A DNA stretch of 63,903 bases, counting the filler, from Olpidium bornovanus S191 (taxonomy: Eukaryota > Fungi > Olpidiomycota), in assembly GCA_017911155.1 (NCBI GenBank). It is 24 parts of 24 records of this genome, joined end to end, with 100 filler letters (N's around TTAATTAATTAA, not from the genome) between each part and the next. Parts side by side here need not be neighbours in the genome. Positions count along the whole stretch, not along the records: positions 31,589 to 33,365 come from JAEFCI010007382.1; positions 33,466 to 34,956 come from JAEFCI010010943.1; positions 35,057 to 40,869 come from JAEFCI010011997.1; positions 40,970 to 43,138 come from JAEFCI010005338.1; positions 43,239 to 44,814 come from JAEFCI010012488.1; 19 more parts are not named here. One strand, 5' to 3'. Below the pieces are notes generated by a model that was given only the letters and a program-made list of their open reading frames with translations, was not told where the DNA came from and made no database searches. The position numbers and the translations under genes were made by a program. Below, piece after piece: positions 32,909 to 44,914 of the stretch (the first letter of the stretch is position 1; every line of letters begins with the position of its first letter).

Positions 32909-33868
32909 TTAAGCGGCGTTCGGGGCGTTTGGTGGGAAACGGCGGTGAGGCGCTCTCTACTCTGCTTAAACCGCATTGTCTCTCCTCCGTCCCTCCCATC
33001 AAACAAACAACACAACGTGAGGCTCCGAACGGTTGCGCGCGCCGGCCACCGCCGTTCGCAGGTTGTGAGCCCCCACACCCCGCCCGGAGCCGCGCGGCCG
33101 CCGACGCGGCACTGAGAAACTTTGGAGCCGACGACGCGGCAAACACAGCAGGAGAGAAGTCTCGCCGCCCGCTGATGCAGCAGCCGCCGAGAGAACCGGA
33201 AGCCATCCAAAAGGAGCAGAACGCAGTGTCCCATACCACCCAAGCATGTCATATGACAAAAGTCAAGCAGCAGCAGCAGCCAAGCAAACCACACTACCAA
33301 TTCCAGGGAAAGGGATTGGGAAAGGTATGTATAAAACGAAGGACAGAATGTGAATCCCATATTCANNNNNNNNNNNNNNNNNNNNNNNNNNNNNNNNNNN
33401 NNNNNNNNNTTAATTAATTAANNNNNNNNNNNNNNNNNNNNNNNNNNNNNNNNNNNNNNNNNNNNACCTTCCTCGCTGGTGGCGGAATGCGGTTGAGATT
33501 TGTGTCTTGCCTGCGGGTTTTTTGGCACGTCGACCGGTGTTTCGTTGGCTTTGGCTCGTTTGGGGGCTCACTCGCGCTTGCACATGTCTTCAAGAATTTG
33601 GATGCCGCGAGTGCACCGAGCCAGGTTCTGCCGTCGGAGTGCCGCTGTGGAAATTGGCGCGGCAGAATTTGCCGCTGCCGCTGGTGCGCACGCTCCTCCC
33701 TCGCCCGGAAATTTCGCGCAGCCGGGCGGACCCGCCCCCTTCCCGCCCCGCCGCCGCCACCCACCCCCTTCTCCTCCTCCCACGCCACTCCCATTCCCAA
33801 CCTGACCCCCCGCGCCGCTCCCCCACCGCTCCCCGCGCGAACCCCGCAGTGACGTCCGTCCCGTCGGA

Positions 33869-34956
33869 ATGGCAGCAGCCGCGGCGAGCGCGCGAAGGCG
33901 GCTGTCCCTGACGCTCGTCCGCGCGCGCAACGGCCCTGCCCCACCGCCGCCCCTGCCGCCGTCCGCGCTCGGCGCGCTGTGGCGCAGGCCCCCCGTGGGC
34001 CTCGCGGCCGCAGCGGTGCCCCGTCGGGCCGCACACGTCCCTGCGTCGCTGCTTCGGGACGACGGAACCACCGCGGTAGATCGGGGAGACCCCGCTTCCC
34101 GGTCCGAAGCTGCTGGTGTGGTCAACGCCGCGCTGCAAGAGGAGACCTGCCAACTTTCTTGTGGCACGGACGCCGACGGCAGACGAAGTGAGACAGCACC
34201 GTGTAATCTCCGTGACTCCAAATACCTCTTTCCGCCGCCCAGCAGCGACCTCACTTTTTCTTCCCCCCCGCTTACCGGCTTTTGCAGAGACCAGCGCGGC
34301 GGCGCGTTCTTCGGATGGAAAGGCAGATCCGCAATTGAGTGTCGTGGGTTCAGGCACGTCCTTGGCGGTCCTCGCGAGACTGCCTGTGGCACAAGGCGCG
34401 AAGCTTTTCGCTACAAGAGGAGCCGTCATCGGCAAGTCCCCTGGCGTGGTCTCGAAGTTTCGGGTTGAGGAAAACGTACTCGCTGCTGCGCGCAGCCGTG
34501 TCCTGGTATACGAGGAGGTGAGCAACTCTCGCCAAACCCTGTCGTGCCCTACCGCGGCACAACTGATTTCGTGAGAGTCATCCGCGACCCTGACTGACGC
34601 CACTCGGCCTCGGCAAGCTCAGTTGCGCAAATGACATCAAATCTGAAAGCGGTGATGTCCTACTCGCCCCACGCAATTCCTGGAATAGCGTCGCAGCTCT
34701 GAAGCTTGACGGCACAAACGACATTCAGCTACGAGCAGGCGCTCTTTTGGCCCGAACGGGGCGCGTTTTCCTACAGGGGACAGGAGGAAGGACGTCGGGG
34801 ATGGTAAGCGCTGACGGTTTTCTACATTGCGGACCCAGATCGCTTGCCCTATTTATTTCGGTCTCGTAGGATTTGATCTCGAAGGTGTTCTCCTGCAAGG
34901 TTACCGGCCGGGGCTCGATAGTTATTACGGCTACAGGAGGCTTGCACAAAGTCATG
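33869..34956 (+). CDS. AIM24: AIM24-family mitochondrial protein, multi-exon, 3' partial
   Basis: LSVVGSGTSLAVLARL...LFATRGAVIG...VLVYEE, then DVLLAPRNSWNSVAALKLDGTNDIQLRAGALLARTG. Confidence 0.65.
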
Positions 34957-35233
34957 NNNNNNNNNNNNNNNNNNNNNNNNNNNNNNNNNNNNNNNNNNNN
35001 TTAATTAATTAANNNNNNNNNNNNNNNNNNNNNNNNNNNNNNNNNNNNNNNNNNNNAAAAAAAAAAAAAAAAAGACGCGGGTCGGGATCCCCGGACCGCG
35101 AAAGAAAAAACGAAAAAAAAAAAAATTTGCGGAGAACAAAGAGTGCGGCGCTGGGCCCCCCGCGATGCGCCGTCTCGTGCGTGCGTGTGCGCGGGTGTTT
35201 GCGTGACAAGGCCGCCTTTCCCCTTCCCCGCAG

Positions 35234-38200
35234 ATCGAGCGTCGGCAGCAAAAGGAACTGGACCGCCTGCAGGCCGACAACATCGACGCACCGAAAGTCA
35301 TCAAGGGCCTCAGGGACCAGATCGCGGGCCTGAAGGTAGGCGTCGCGGAGCGGGATCCCGAGGGTCCCCCGCGCGCCCGATAGCCCCGCTCGCACCGTAA
35401 TATGCGATGATTTCGGCCGTTTCATCCCCCGCCCGATCGCAACCTCTCCTTCCCTTCGCACCTCTCGCCCGCAGAACAAATTGAAGGAGACGTACGCGCA
35501 GGTCGCTCACGAGGACCGCGCGATGCGGCAGCAGAACGCCGCGCTGAACAGGCTGAAAGACGAAAACCAGCACCTGGCGAAGCTCGTCGACGACCGGGAG
35601 CTAGAGGCGCGGGAGGCGCTGGCCAGGACGGTGGAGGAGCTGGAGGAGCTGGCGGGGACGCTCAGGCGAGAGAAGGCGGATCTGGAGCACAGGGCCGAGC
35701 TGGCGGAGAAGAACCTCCGCACGGAAAGCGAGCGGCTGAGGAGCCGGCTGCGCGGCCTGGAGCGCGAAAACGACGTGGTCAGGGCGCTGGCGACCCGCTT
35801 GGAAGGGGCGCTTAGGGAGAAGGAGAAGGAGATCGCGTCGCTCAGCATTTACCGGTACAGCCTCGTGCACAAGAAGCCGGAGAGGGCCGAGGCGTGCAAG
35901 GTTTGCGCGAAGAGGGAGAGAGACCTGGCCGAGGCGGAGAGAATACGGAACCTGGGTGAGCCGCCGCACGGTCGACCCCGCTTCCCGTCCGCGCGCCGGC
36001 TGATTCGTCTCGCCGACCCGGTCCGCACGTGAACCCACCCCAGTCAGAATACCCGTCCCGTCGAAACTGGCGGTGCAGGTCCTGTCCGGGACGTCTTTGG
36101 AGGCGACCGTGACGGTTTCGAGCAGCGCGGGGCGCGGCCCCGCGGACGATGCCGTCCCGGCGGTCTCCAGCGTGATAATCACTTGCGCGGAGGACGCCGG
36201 GTTGACGGTGAACGCCCAGACGGTGGTGTGCTCGGCAAAGACGCCGTCCATGGCCAGTCTTCGGAAAAACGAGAATCCGGAAGGGGGGGCTCCTTCTGGT
36301 GCGGAACCCGGGGACCGCGCAGGCGGCGAGGCGGCGGAGGAGGAGCGCGGGGGGGGGGGGGACGTGAAACCGCTCACCGTGCGCGGGTTCTTCGACGGAC
36401 TGGAGCCGGGGAAGTTCTACTACGTGAAGGCGGCGGCGTGCGTGGACAGCCGCGTCGGGGAGTACGGGGCTCCGGAGAGCGTCTTCGTAGGCAAGTGTCG
36501 CGCCGTCGCCCCGCGGAGAGCGGAGAGCGGGTAGGACGACGCGAGGAAGGAATCGGCGGAACCGGGGCCCGCTGAAACAGAAAAAACTCTCTTTCTCTCT
36601 CGTAATCAGACGTGCCGCCGAGCGCGCCCGGAGCCCCGCGCGCCGAGATCGCGAAAGCCGCCGAGGGGAGCCGGCCCGCGACGGGAGCCGCGGGCCGGGA
36701 GTCCGAGGCCGTGGTGATCAAGGTGACGCTGCCGAAGCCGAGATCGAACGCCCCCTCGCTCGCCTCTCTGCAGCAGCGCGCGTCCCTGCGGGCCGGCGGC
36801 GGCACCCCGGTGACCGCTTACAGGCTGTACCACAGGTGCTGGCACCCTCCTCTTCCGACGAGGACGGCCCCGGGCGGAGCGGAGGCCGGCGGCGCGCAGG
36901 ACGAAGACGGGGACGCGAGGGGCGGCTGGTTCCTGCTCGAGGAGCTCGCCGCCGCCGCGGGGGCGGGCGCAGGCAAGCCGCCGACATACTTCTACGTCGA
37001 CCCGGCTCCCGGCGTGCCTCACGCTTTCCGCTGCACGGCCGTGAACCAGGCGGGCGAGAGCGAGATGGGGCCCGAGTCCGTGCCGGTCAAAATCGGTCAG
37101 TAGGGGTAGGCGGGGCGTTGGGAAGGAAGGGTGAATTTCCGAATTTTCCGTTCGCGGCTTCCCGCTTCACACCCCCCGCGCCGGCCGCCCGCCCCTTAAA
37201 AAAACGATGCCCTTGACAACGCCCGACCCTCTCCGCCTTCGTTTCGCGCGGAAACCGCGCGCGCGCCGCCCCCCCCCCCCCCCCCCCCCGCCCCCCCCCC
37301 CCCCCCCCCCCCAGACGTGACGCCGCCGAGTCCGCCCGCGCCGCGGGTGCAAATGCTCTCTCCGGCCAAGGTCCGGGTGTCGGTGGTGCCTCCCGAGGAG
37401 AACGGCGGGTCGGAAATCACGTCGTACAAGATCGTCTGCACGCCCGTGAACGAGGCGGGCGAGGCGGCGGCGGCGGCGCAGACGGTCCACGAGCTCGTTC
37501 CGGCTCCCGGGACCCAGCCGACGATCGTGGTGGACGGGCTGACCCCCGGGACGAACTACGTCGTCCGGGCGGTCGCCGTGAACTCGGCGGGTGAGAGCGC
37601 GATCGGCGCGCCGAGCGAGATCGTGACCCTGGGTACGCGCGGGGAAGGATTTTTCCTATTTTTTTTTCCGTGTTATCGAAAAGCTGTCCGTGCCGTCGGA
37701 ACGCAGGACGCGTTTCGACGCGGAGCGGCGCGCTTACCTCGTCGGCGCTCGTAAACCCGCCCGCAGGGTCGGTTCTTCCGGTGCCCGACCCTCCGAAAGC
37801 GGAAACGACCGAAGACGGCATCCGGATCACGTTCTCGCCGCCGGCCAACCTGGACGAGAAGACGCTGGGTATCATCCAGGGGCGGGAGCTGCTGTACGCG
37901 CGGGACGAGAAGTCCATACTCAACATCACCAACATAATCGCCACCCGGCTGCCGCTCGACGTCGCGGCGTACGAGGTCAAAAACCTCAAGCCCGGCAGGA
38001 GCTACTGGTTCGCCGTCGCTTACGTCGGGTCGGGAGAGAGCGGGGTGTGCTCCGCGGCGGTCAAGTGCAGGGCGCCTCTAGGTAAACCGCCTCGCGCACG
38101 GAGGGCCATGCGCCGGGCGTCGGTTGTACGCGGCGCGAGGCACCCCCCGGCGGAAGAGCGGTGGGAAGCTTCCCGCGGGAATTTTTTTTTTTTTTCTTGA

Positions 38201-38598
38201 CTTTTTTATTATTTTTTTTCCCGCGCCCCCGGGAAAACGCGTGGGGGTAAAACGCGTTGCGCGTGCGGGGGACGCTCGGTTTCAGACGAACCGGCCCAAG
38301 GCGGCGGCGACCACCCTCCCGGGTCCGAGGCGGCGGCGGCGCTGCAGCGGACGGACCGGTCCAAGAGCTTCTCCTCCGTGTCGAGCGGCCGGCTGAGCCG
38401 GGCGGGCTCACACCTCTCGTTCAACCAGAAAATCCTGAACATGCACCACGGCGTCCCCTCGCAGCACGTCCCGCCGGAACTGATGGACGCCGGCGCCGAG
38501 CAAGAGCAGGCCGCCGCCGAGCCAGGGCCGCCGCCCGCGCCCGCCCGGGGCGAGCAAAGAGCGCAGTCGCAGCAGCCCGCGCAGCCGCCGCCGGCTTC

Positions 38599-38635
<37 letters not shown>

Positions 38636-38785
38636 GGCGGGGCGCAGGCGGAGCCGCGCAGGAGCGTCAAAAAGGAATCGTCCCTGTACTCCCTCGACAA
38701 GGCGCCCGGAGCCGCGGCGCCCGGCCCGCTGCCGGTCCAGACCCCGCCGGCGCGCAGGCAACGTTCCGTGTTCGTTTCGCGGTAG
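35234..38785 (+). CDS. Lebercilin (LCA5)-like coiled coil fused to four fibronectin type III domains, 5' partial
   Basis: IERRQQKELDRL...QIAGLK|NKLKET...LVDDRELEAREALARTV...LREKEKEIASLSIYRYSL. FN3 motifs GLEPGKFYYVKAAA, FRCTAVNQAGES, GLTPGTNYVVRAVAVNSAGES and NLKPGRSYWFAVAY on separate exons. Q-rich tail to TAG at 38785. Confidence 0.8.
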
Positions 38786-40080
38786 CAGCACACCCAAAAA
38801 AAAAAAAAAAAAGAAAGAGAAAAAAAATAGAAACTTTTGGGACGGACACCGTGGTAATATAAAAATGCAGGCGCGCAGCAAGCGCTTCCCTTCGATGTCG
38901 TCCGTCCTCCGGGCCGCCCGGCGGATGCATCTCGGGTGGTCCCCCCTTTCGTCTCGCTTTCTTCCTTTTTCCGCCCGTTTTCCACTTCCGTCTCCGCGGG
39001 AAGGCGGTGCGCGCTGTCCGTTGTCCGGACTCTTGCTCCTCTTCCGCAGAGGAAGGGCGGCGAGCCGGGCAGATCCGGAGCGAGGGCTCTCGAGGGCAAA
39101 GTACTCCTGTGCGCCGCAGGCTCATCCGGAGGCAACCCGCGGGAGAGAGAGTCTCGTCGGCGTGTCCCGGACGGCCGGCGTGGGCCGGGGGGGCCAGAGG
39201 GAACTTGGGGGGGGGGGAGAGACCGAACGGGCGATGCGGTCATGGCCCGTTTTCCCCCACAACACACAAATCCCACGCGCGCGCGCCCGCGCGCCCGATG
39301 TTGACTCTGAGGATGCCGGGAAGGACGAGGGGACGCAGCGAGCTCGCGAGAAGGAGAGAAGGACGAGAGGAAAGGAGAACAGAATGGAAAGAACTGTATT
39401 CGGGGGCGTAACGCCGCTATCTCTCTGTTCTAGGCCTATTTTGGCTAAATTTGGAGCGAGCCTGTTACAGATTTTTTTTTCCAACATCCAAAACTCTTGA
39501 GAACGGGGGAAGACGCAAGTCCGCACCGGGTTTACAGGCCCAAACCGTGACAATTCCCCCATTCCCACCTCACAAAGGTCGCTTGATTGAATCCGGGCAA
39601 AGGTAGAACCAGTGGGTGACCTTTGAAAGACACGTCTTGCTGCAGCAGGTTACAGGAAGAAAGAAGAGACCGCTCGACCTGGGAGCAGCAGATCGGAAAA
39701 CCCGGCTCACACGCAGCTTTATCCCGGGGAAAAAAGGGGGGGGGGGAAGAGGGCCGCGCTTTACAGCGAGCAAAAAACGAAACAAAACCAAAAAGAAGGA
39801 AACCAATCACCGAAACCTACTTCCCCCAGAAGGTCCTTTTTTTGTTTCTCCTCGTTTTTATTTATAGGTGCATTTATATATTATATACTTTGCAGCCCGG
39901 TTTTATAGCCGACTGGAAACAAAAGTGACATATAATATTTATATATCTGGTAAAATACTAATTCTCCCACCACGACGGAGCAGCAAAAAAAAAAAAAGCA
40001 ACGCGCGCGGTCAAATTTATTGGGTATGTGCAAAAAAACCTTTTCTCTAAATTAAATTTCGAGAAAAAGAAAATTATATT

Positions 40081-40115
<35 letters not shown>

Positions 40116-40737
40116 CCGACCGCAGGTGCGTTTCTTCGCCGGGGGTTTGTTCGGGAGCGGAGGAGGCGGGAGTGGGGGGGGGGGAAAGGGAGGGGATCAG
40201 GCGCAGGTCCCGGAGGGCAGGAATCCCGCGCACCAAGGAACTTCCAATAAAAAAAAAAAAAAAAATGAGAAGCTGAGGAAAGCGCGCCTACGGATAAGGC
40301 GGGGTGAAAGGAGGGAAAAGGGGTATAAGCTCTCAGCCAAAACGTAAACCGGGGATTCCGTTTTGCAGATATGAATCAGGAAGGGAAAGAAAACGCGGTG
40401 CAGCAGGCCGCCGGAGCCTAAAAAACGTTGATCAGCAAAAAAAAAATAAAAGGAAGAAAGAAACAAAAACAAACGAGTGGTCGGCCGAATCCTGTCTCTA
40501 GGGTCCGCCGGAGGAGGGGGGCCCGGAAAAAAAAAAAACTGAGACAAGAAATTAAGCCTCGCAAAGACTTTTGCCGCGCAAGATAGGCATTGCCTGAAAC
40601 GCGTCGCCTTCCCACCGCTCTGGCACAGGGCCGACCGACGTAGCCGGCAGCGCCGGACGGAGGACCTCCGGCTGCCAAGGCGAGGCGTCTTGCAATCTGG
40701 CAGAGCGAAGCTGTGCGAGGCGGCGGACCACCAGGTA

Positions 40738-40774
<37 letters not shown>

Positions 40775-40792
40775 AACCCAAACCCCCCGGGG

Positions 40793-40831
<39 letters not shown>

Positions 40832-40969
40832 AAATCCATGCCAAATCCGCCGGGGAAAAAGAAAAAAAANNNNNNNNNNNNNNNNNNNNNNNNNNNNNNN
40901 NNNNNNNNNNNNNTTAATTAATTAANNNNNNNNNNNNNNNNNNNNNNNNNNNNNNNNNNNNNNNNNNNN

Positions 40970-41598
40970 AGTCTGCCCCCACGGGTCACCGCCCTGTTCT
41001 CCACCGCGGCGCGCGTCCGAGGTCGCGCGTCCGGTCGAGACCACGCTCCGGCGAAGAGACGGGCGCCCCGGCCGAAGGCTCCCTCTGGGCTCGGCGAGCA
41101 CGGCGCAAGCGTCAAACGCCGGCCGGTCGTCCTTTGCGAGTGGTTGGTTTGTCGCAGGCGCTCGGCGGCGCCCTTTGGGCGGGGCCGCGGGGGCCACCCC
41201 GGTTGTCACATTAGCGCGCTCACGTCATGCGCATTCATGCGCCGGGGAATGAGCGCCGCCATTCGGCCGCCGCCCCGACACGCGCCTCCCTCCTCCTCCC
41301 CCTGACCCGCCCCCCCCCCGCCCCCCCCCCCCCCCCCCCCCTGCCCCGCCCCGCCCCGGCCGCGCCGGACGTCCGGCCGCACCGCGACCGCCCCCGCCCT
41401 TCATCCCCCCCCCTCCTCTCCCCCCTCCCCCGCCCCCGCGGGTATAAAAGGCGCGAACGTCCCCCCGTCCGCGCCCTCTTTTTTTTTTTTTTCCTCACCC
41501 CTTCCCGATCTTCGTTCCTGGCCTTCGGTGTCGCGTCGCCGGAGTCCGAAAGTTGCCAAGCTCGGTCGTCAAGTTCGCCGAAGGTCATCAAGTCCGCC
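40970..41598 (+). promoter_or_regulatory. TATA promoter and pyrimidine-rich leader, copy A
   Basis: TATAAAAG at 41443-41450. Colinear homology with 54427-54946, including 44 of 45 identical nt in the leader. Confidence 0.75.
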
Positions 41599-42287
41599 AT
41601 GGACGGGTGAGCCGCGCTAACCATTTTTCAGTGCCCCCCACCTTTCCCCGCGTCTTCTGCATTTTCTGTGCGTTTTGTTGTTGCTTCTTTTTTGAAAAAA
41701 GGAAAAACAAAAAAAAAATTAGAAAAATTACAAAAACACAAAAAGATATGTGCCCTCTGTTCCTTGTTCTGTGCTTTCGCTTTTTCTTCAAAAAAAAAAA
41801 CCAAAAAAATTATAAAACTATAAAAACACAAAAAGATATGTGCCCGCCACTCCCCCACCCCGCCCTACTTTGTTCCGTTTTGTTTTTTTTTGTTTCGCTC
41901 GCTCTTTTTGCAGAATACGACAGACTCCACGGCGGCGCGACACCGGAGGTCAGGACGAGGTGAAGGTTCCGGGGTAACCATTCGGCCCAGCGCTGTTGGG
42001 GTGCAGGCCGCCGTCCGAACCGCGTGGGCGTGCTTTTGGTTTTTTGGTTGGCACGCGAGTTCGGGCGGAGAACGGCTTACCTTGCTGAAATTACGTGAGG
42101 GCCCGGGGTCGGCCGCCGCAGCCCGGTCGGCCCCTGGGTAAAAATCCGCTTTCCCAGCTTTCGCCGCGCCCAGGCCAGGGGCGCGGCGTTAGCATAAAGT
42201 CGCCGATGATGAGGGAAAGTCGGATCACATTATCTGATCTGAGGCGCAACCATCTTTTTTTAATGCAGCCCTGGTGCTCTCTCCTGA
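41599..42287 (+). CDS. Putative spliced 28-aa micro-ORF MDGIRQTPRRRDTGGQDEVKVPGPGALS
   Basis: Kozak TCCGCCATGG. Introns 41607-41913 (GTGAGC...TTTTTGCAG) and 41974-42268 (GTAACC...TTTTTTTAATGCAG) are both phase 2 and keep the frame. Stop is TCC-TGA at 42282-42287. Confidence 0.35.
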
Positions 42288-42909
42288 GCCCAGGACGGTC
42301 CCAAGCCCGTGTAAATGCAGAGGGGAAAGAGTTTGGTTCTGTTTCGCGTTTTTTTTTTTGTTTTCCGTGAGCGGTCAAAAGGCGGGTGGCGCGGTGGCGT
42401 CCGCCGGCTCCAGCCGCTCGTGTTTTTTTTTTTCCTGTCGTTTGATTTTTTTTTTGTTGAAAAATTCGTTGTGCCAAAATGCTATGGGCGGGGGGGCCGC
42501 CTGGAAAAACGCCGGGGGTTGGGTTTAAAAGACGAGAGGGCGCCCTTCGCCGTCCGGTAGCGAGGAAAAGATCAAAAAGTGAACAAAAAGTTGCCGCCGT
42601 TAATGCAAGCGTCGCTGCTGTTTGCAATAGTAGCGCTGGCACGTGGGGGCAAGATGGTGGGACGACACAACAGCACGCACGGGTTGCGCATCTGGTTGGA
42701 GGTGGCTGCAGCCTTCGTCCGTGTCCGTCCGTGTATTTGCGGGCGTACTGATGGCCGGGGCCGACACGGTAGCTTCAATCAGGCCGTGCCCATCCAGCGG
42801 CGGGCTCACGACTCCCGGCTGCATGCAGAGACGTGCCTGACGGCCAACGGGGCGTGACTGCTGCGTGAAGCGGGCCTTGTTTTACTTTTGATGCCTCTTT
42901 CGGTTGTTT

Positions 42910-43138
42910 TTTAGGACGTTTCTTCGCGGACGCTTTTCCGCACGTTGTTTCGGACGTTTTGCCAGGCAAGTTTTTTTTTCCCGTCGGTTTTCCCGACATT
43001 CTTCCGGACGTTTTTCCGGACGCCCTCCCAGAAGTTTCTCCGGGGGGTTTTACGTTTTTCCGGACGCTTTTCCCGGAAAATTAATTCTCCGGACGTTTCT
43101 TTTTTATTTTTGAACGTTTTTCGGGATCTTATTTCGCG
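42910..43138. repeat. Array of degenerate TTTCCGGACG(TTT) units
   Basis: Roughly eight copies of a (C)CGGACG core embedded in T-runs. Confidence 0.7.
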
Positions 43139-43238
43139 NNNNNNNNNNNNNNNNNNNNNNNNNNNNNNNNNNNNNNNNNNNNTTAATTAATTAANNNNNN
43201 NNNNNNNNNNNNNNNNNNNNNNNNNNNNNNNNNNNNNN

Positions 43239-44567
43239 CATGAAGCTGACAAAAGGCTTCCGTCCCATTTGCTCGACCTCGCACAGGTCGATGTCCATAG
43301 GGCGGCCTTTGACAACCTGCAGCGCGGCAAAACACGGGTCAAGCCCTCGACCCGTGCCCTGAAGGCAGATGCTGAGCCCGTTGGCAGACCCGCCAGGTAT
43401 GACGCCAATGGGCATCTGTCGCGCCTTCTCCCAGTCCTCGCGCTCAAAAAAACCGTTCAAAACCTGATGGAGCGTTCCATCTCCGGAAATGATGACCACT
43501 GCGTCGAACTGGTCCAGAGGTACTGTCCGACCAATTTCCCGCGCGTCCTCTCCAGAAGCGGTTGCTGTGTGGCCAGCCAAAAAATAAAAAAAGGAAAAAA
43601 AGAACGATTACTTTAGCTGAGGCCAAATAGCTAACGGTGTTCGTTGTTGAAGGGCCGTTATAGAATACGGCAGCGAACGCTATCGACAACGTACTAACGA
43701 CGTCCATTGCGCACCGTGCAGCTTCGAACAGGGGCTTACAGCACACCGCGAACATTCTCTCCGCCTTCTTCTGACCAGCAAACGGATTGATTAAGATTTT
43801 CAGACGTCTCGCTACTTTCGCGCCTGTTTCGTTTGAGGGCTCAGGAACAAAATTATAATAGGAACGAATAGAAAGCGCCGATTCGGAAAAGATCTGTCAA
43901 GCATCTCACCGTCGTACGCGCAACGCAACACTTCGGCAACCCATTGCTGTACCTCGTCGTCTGCGGCCGGCACAGCTTCCACCACATAGCGACGCACAGA
44001 TGGTGGCCGCAGGCTGCTTGACGGCGGCAAGCACTCGAACACGTCCGCAGCAACGAGTCGTTGCTCCTGGTGATAAGAGATATACACGAGGTCGCGCAGG
44101 ACCACTACTGGCGGGAACAGTCGCGCCGCTAGAGGCGCAACGGACCGCAGTCGGTTTTCACATACGTGCCGGCGGCGTCAGGGCGGAACGTAACGAAAAT
44201 CAGGCAAACCAAATCACAGGGCGGAAAGATGAGCGGTTATTGCGAACACCGTACACGAGAATGAAAAAACTTTTTTCTTGCGCGGTTCATCCCCCACTCC
44301 CCGCCTGTTGGATGCGGCGGTCGGCACGCAGACGAGAGCCGGGAAAGACCGGTCCGGGGACTCGACCCCGCTGCTGCCTTTCCGCCTTCCGTCGTGCGGT
44401 ATGCTGTCGGCCGGAACCGTGACCAGTGATATCGTGTAGGTGGAACGGATAGATGCTTTCTTGGCGGACCGTGGCATCGGCCCGCGGCCCGAGAACCAGC
44501 GCCGCCGTGGCGTCGCTTCCCGAGCGGCGGGCGCGGCGGTGACGACGATGCTAAACGGCTGCGTCAT
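43239..44567 (-). CDS. Sphingoid long-chain base kinase (sphingosine kinase / Lcb4-Lcb5 family), 3' partial
   Basis: ILINPFAGQKKA, VVIISGDGTLHQVLNG, PIGVIPGGSANG and IDLCEV. Confidence 0.88.
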
Positions 44568-44914
44568 GGCCGGACGCGGGCTGTACGAGGAAAACGAGCG
44601 CAGCGACGCGAGCCGGAGGGGTCTTTCTTCTCTCGCGCAAGCGTTTCGGCGGGCAGGGGGAATCCGTCGGCGGGCTGCGCGCCTTCACAGCCGCGGCTTC
44701 GCCAACCCGACGCTTCCCCTCCGCAAAAAAGCTTCCCCCGCACTGCCACGCCAGCAGTTTCCGTAGAATTCATAACCGGAAGAATATTGCGTGGAAAATT
44801 CACCTACTTCCATGNNNNNNNNNNNNNNNNNNNNNNNNNNNNNNNNNNNNNNNNNNNNTTAATTAATTAANNNNNNNNNNNNNNNNNNNNNNNNNNNNNN
44901 NNNNNNNNNNNNNN

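Noticed and set aside
23622-38785. Apparent clustering of ciliary genes (ANKS6-like and lebercilin-like)
   Set aside because: They are on different contigs joined arbitrarily, so proximity carries no information.
42074-42095. U1 snRNA-like CTTACCT
   Set aside because: It lacks the 5' ATAC context, the U1 stem-loops and an Sm site.
42282-42860. Antizyme-type +1 frameshift gene (TCC-TGA after GPGALS)
   Set aside because: The +1 frame runs into poly-T low-complexity sequence. The only faint similarity (GLRIWLEVA) lacks the rest of the antizyme domain, so it is not supportable.
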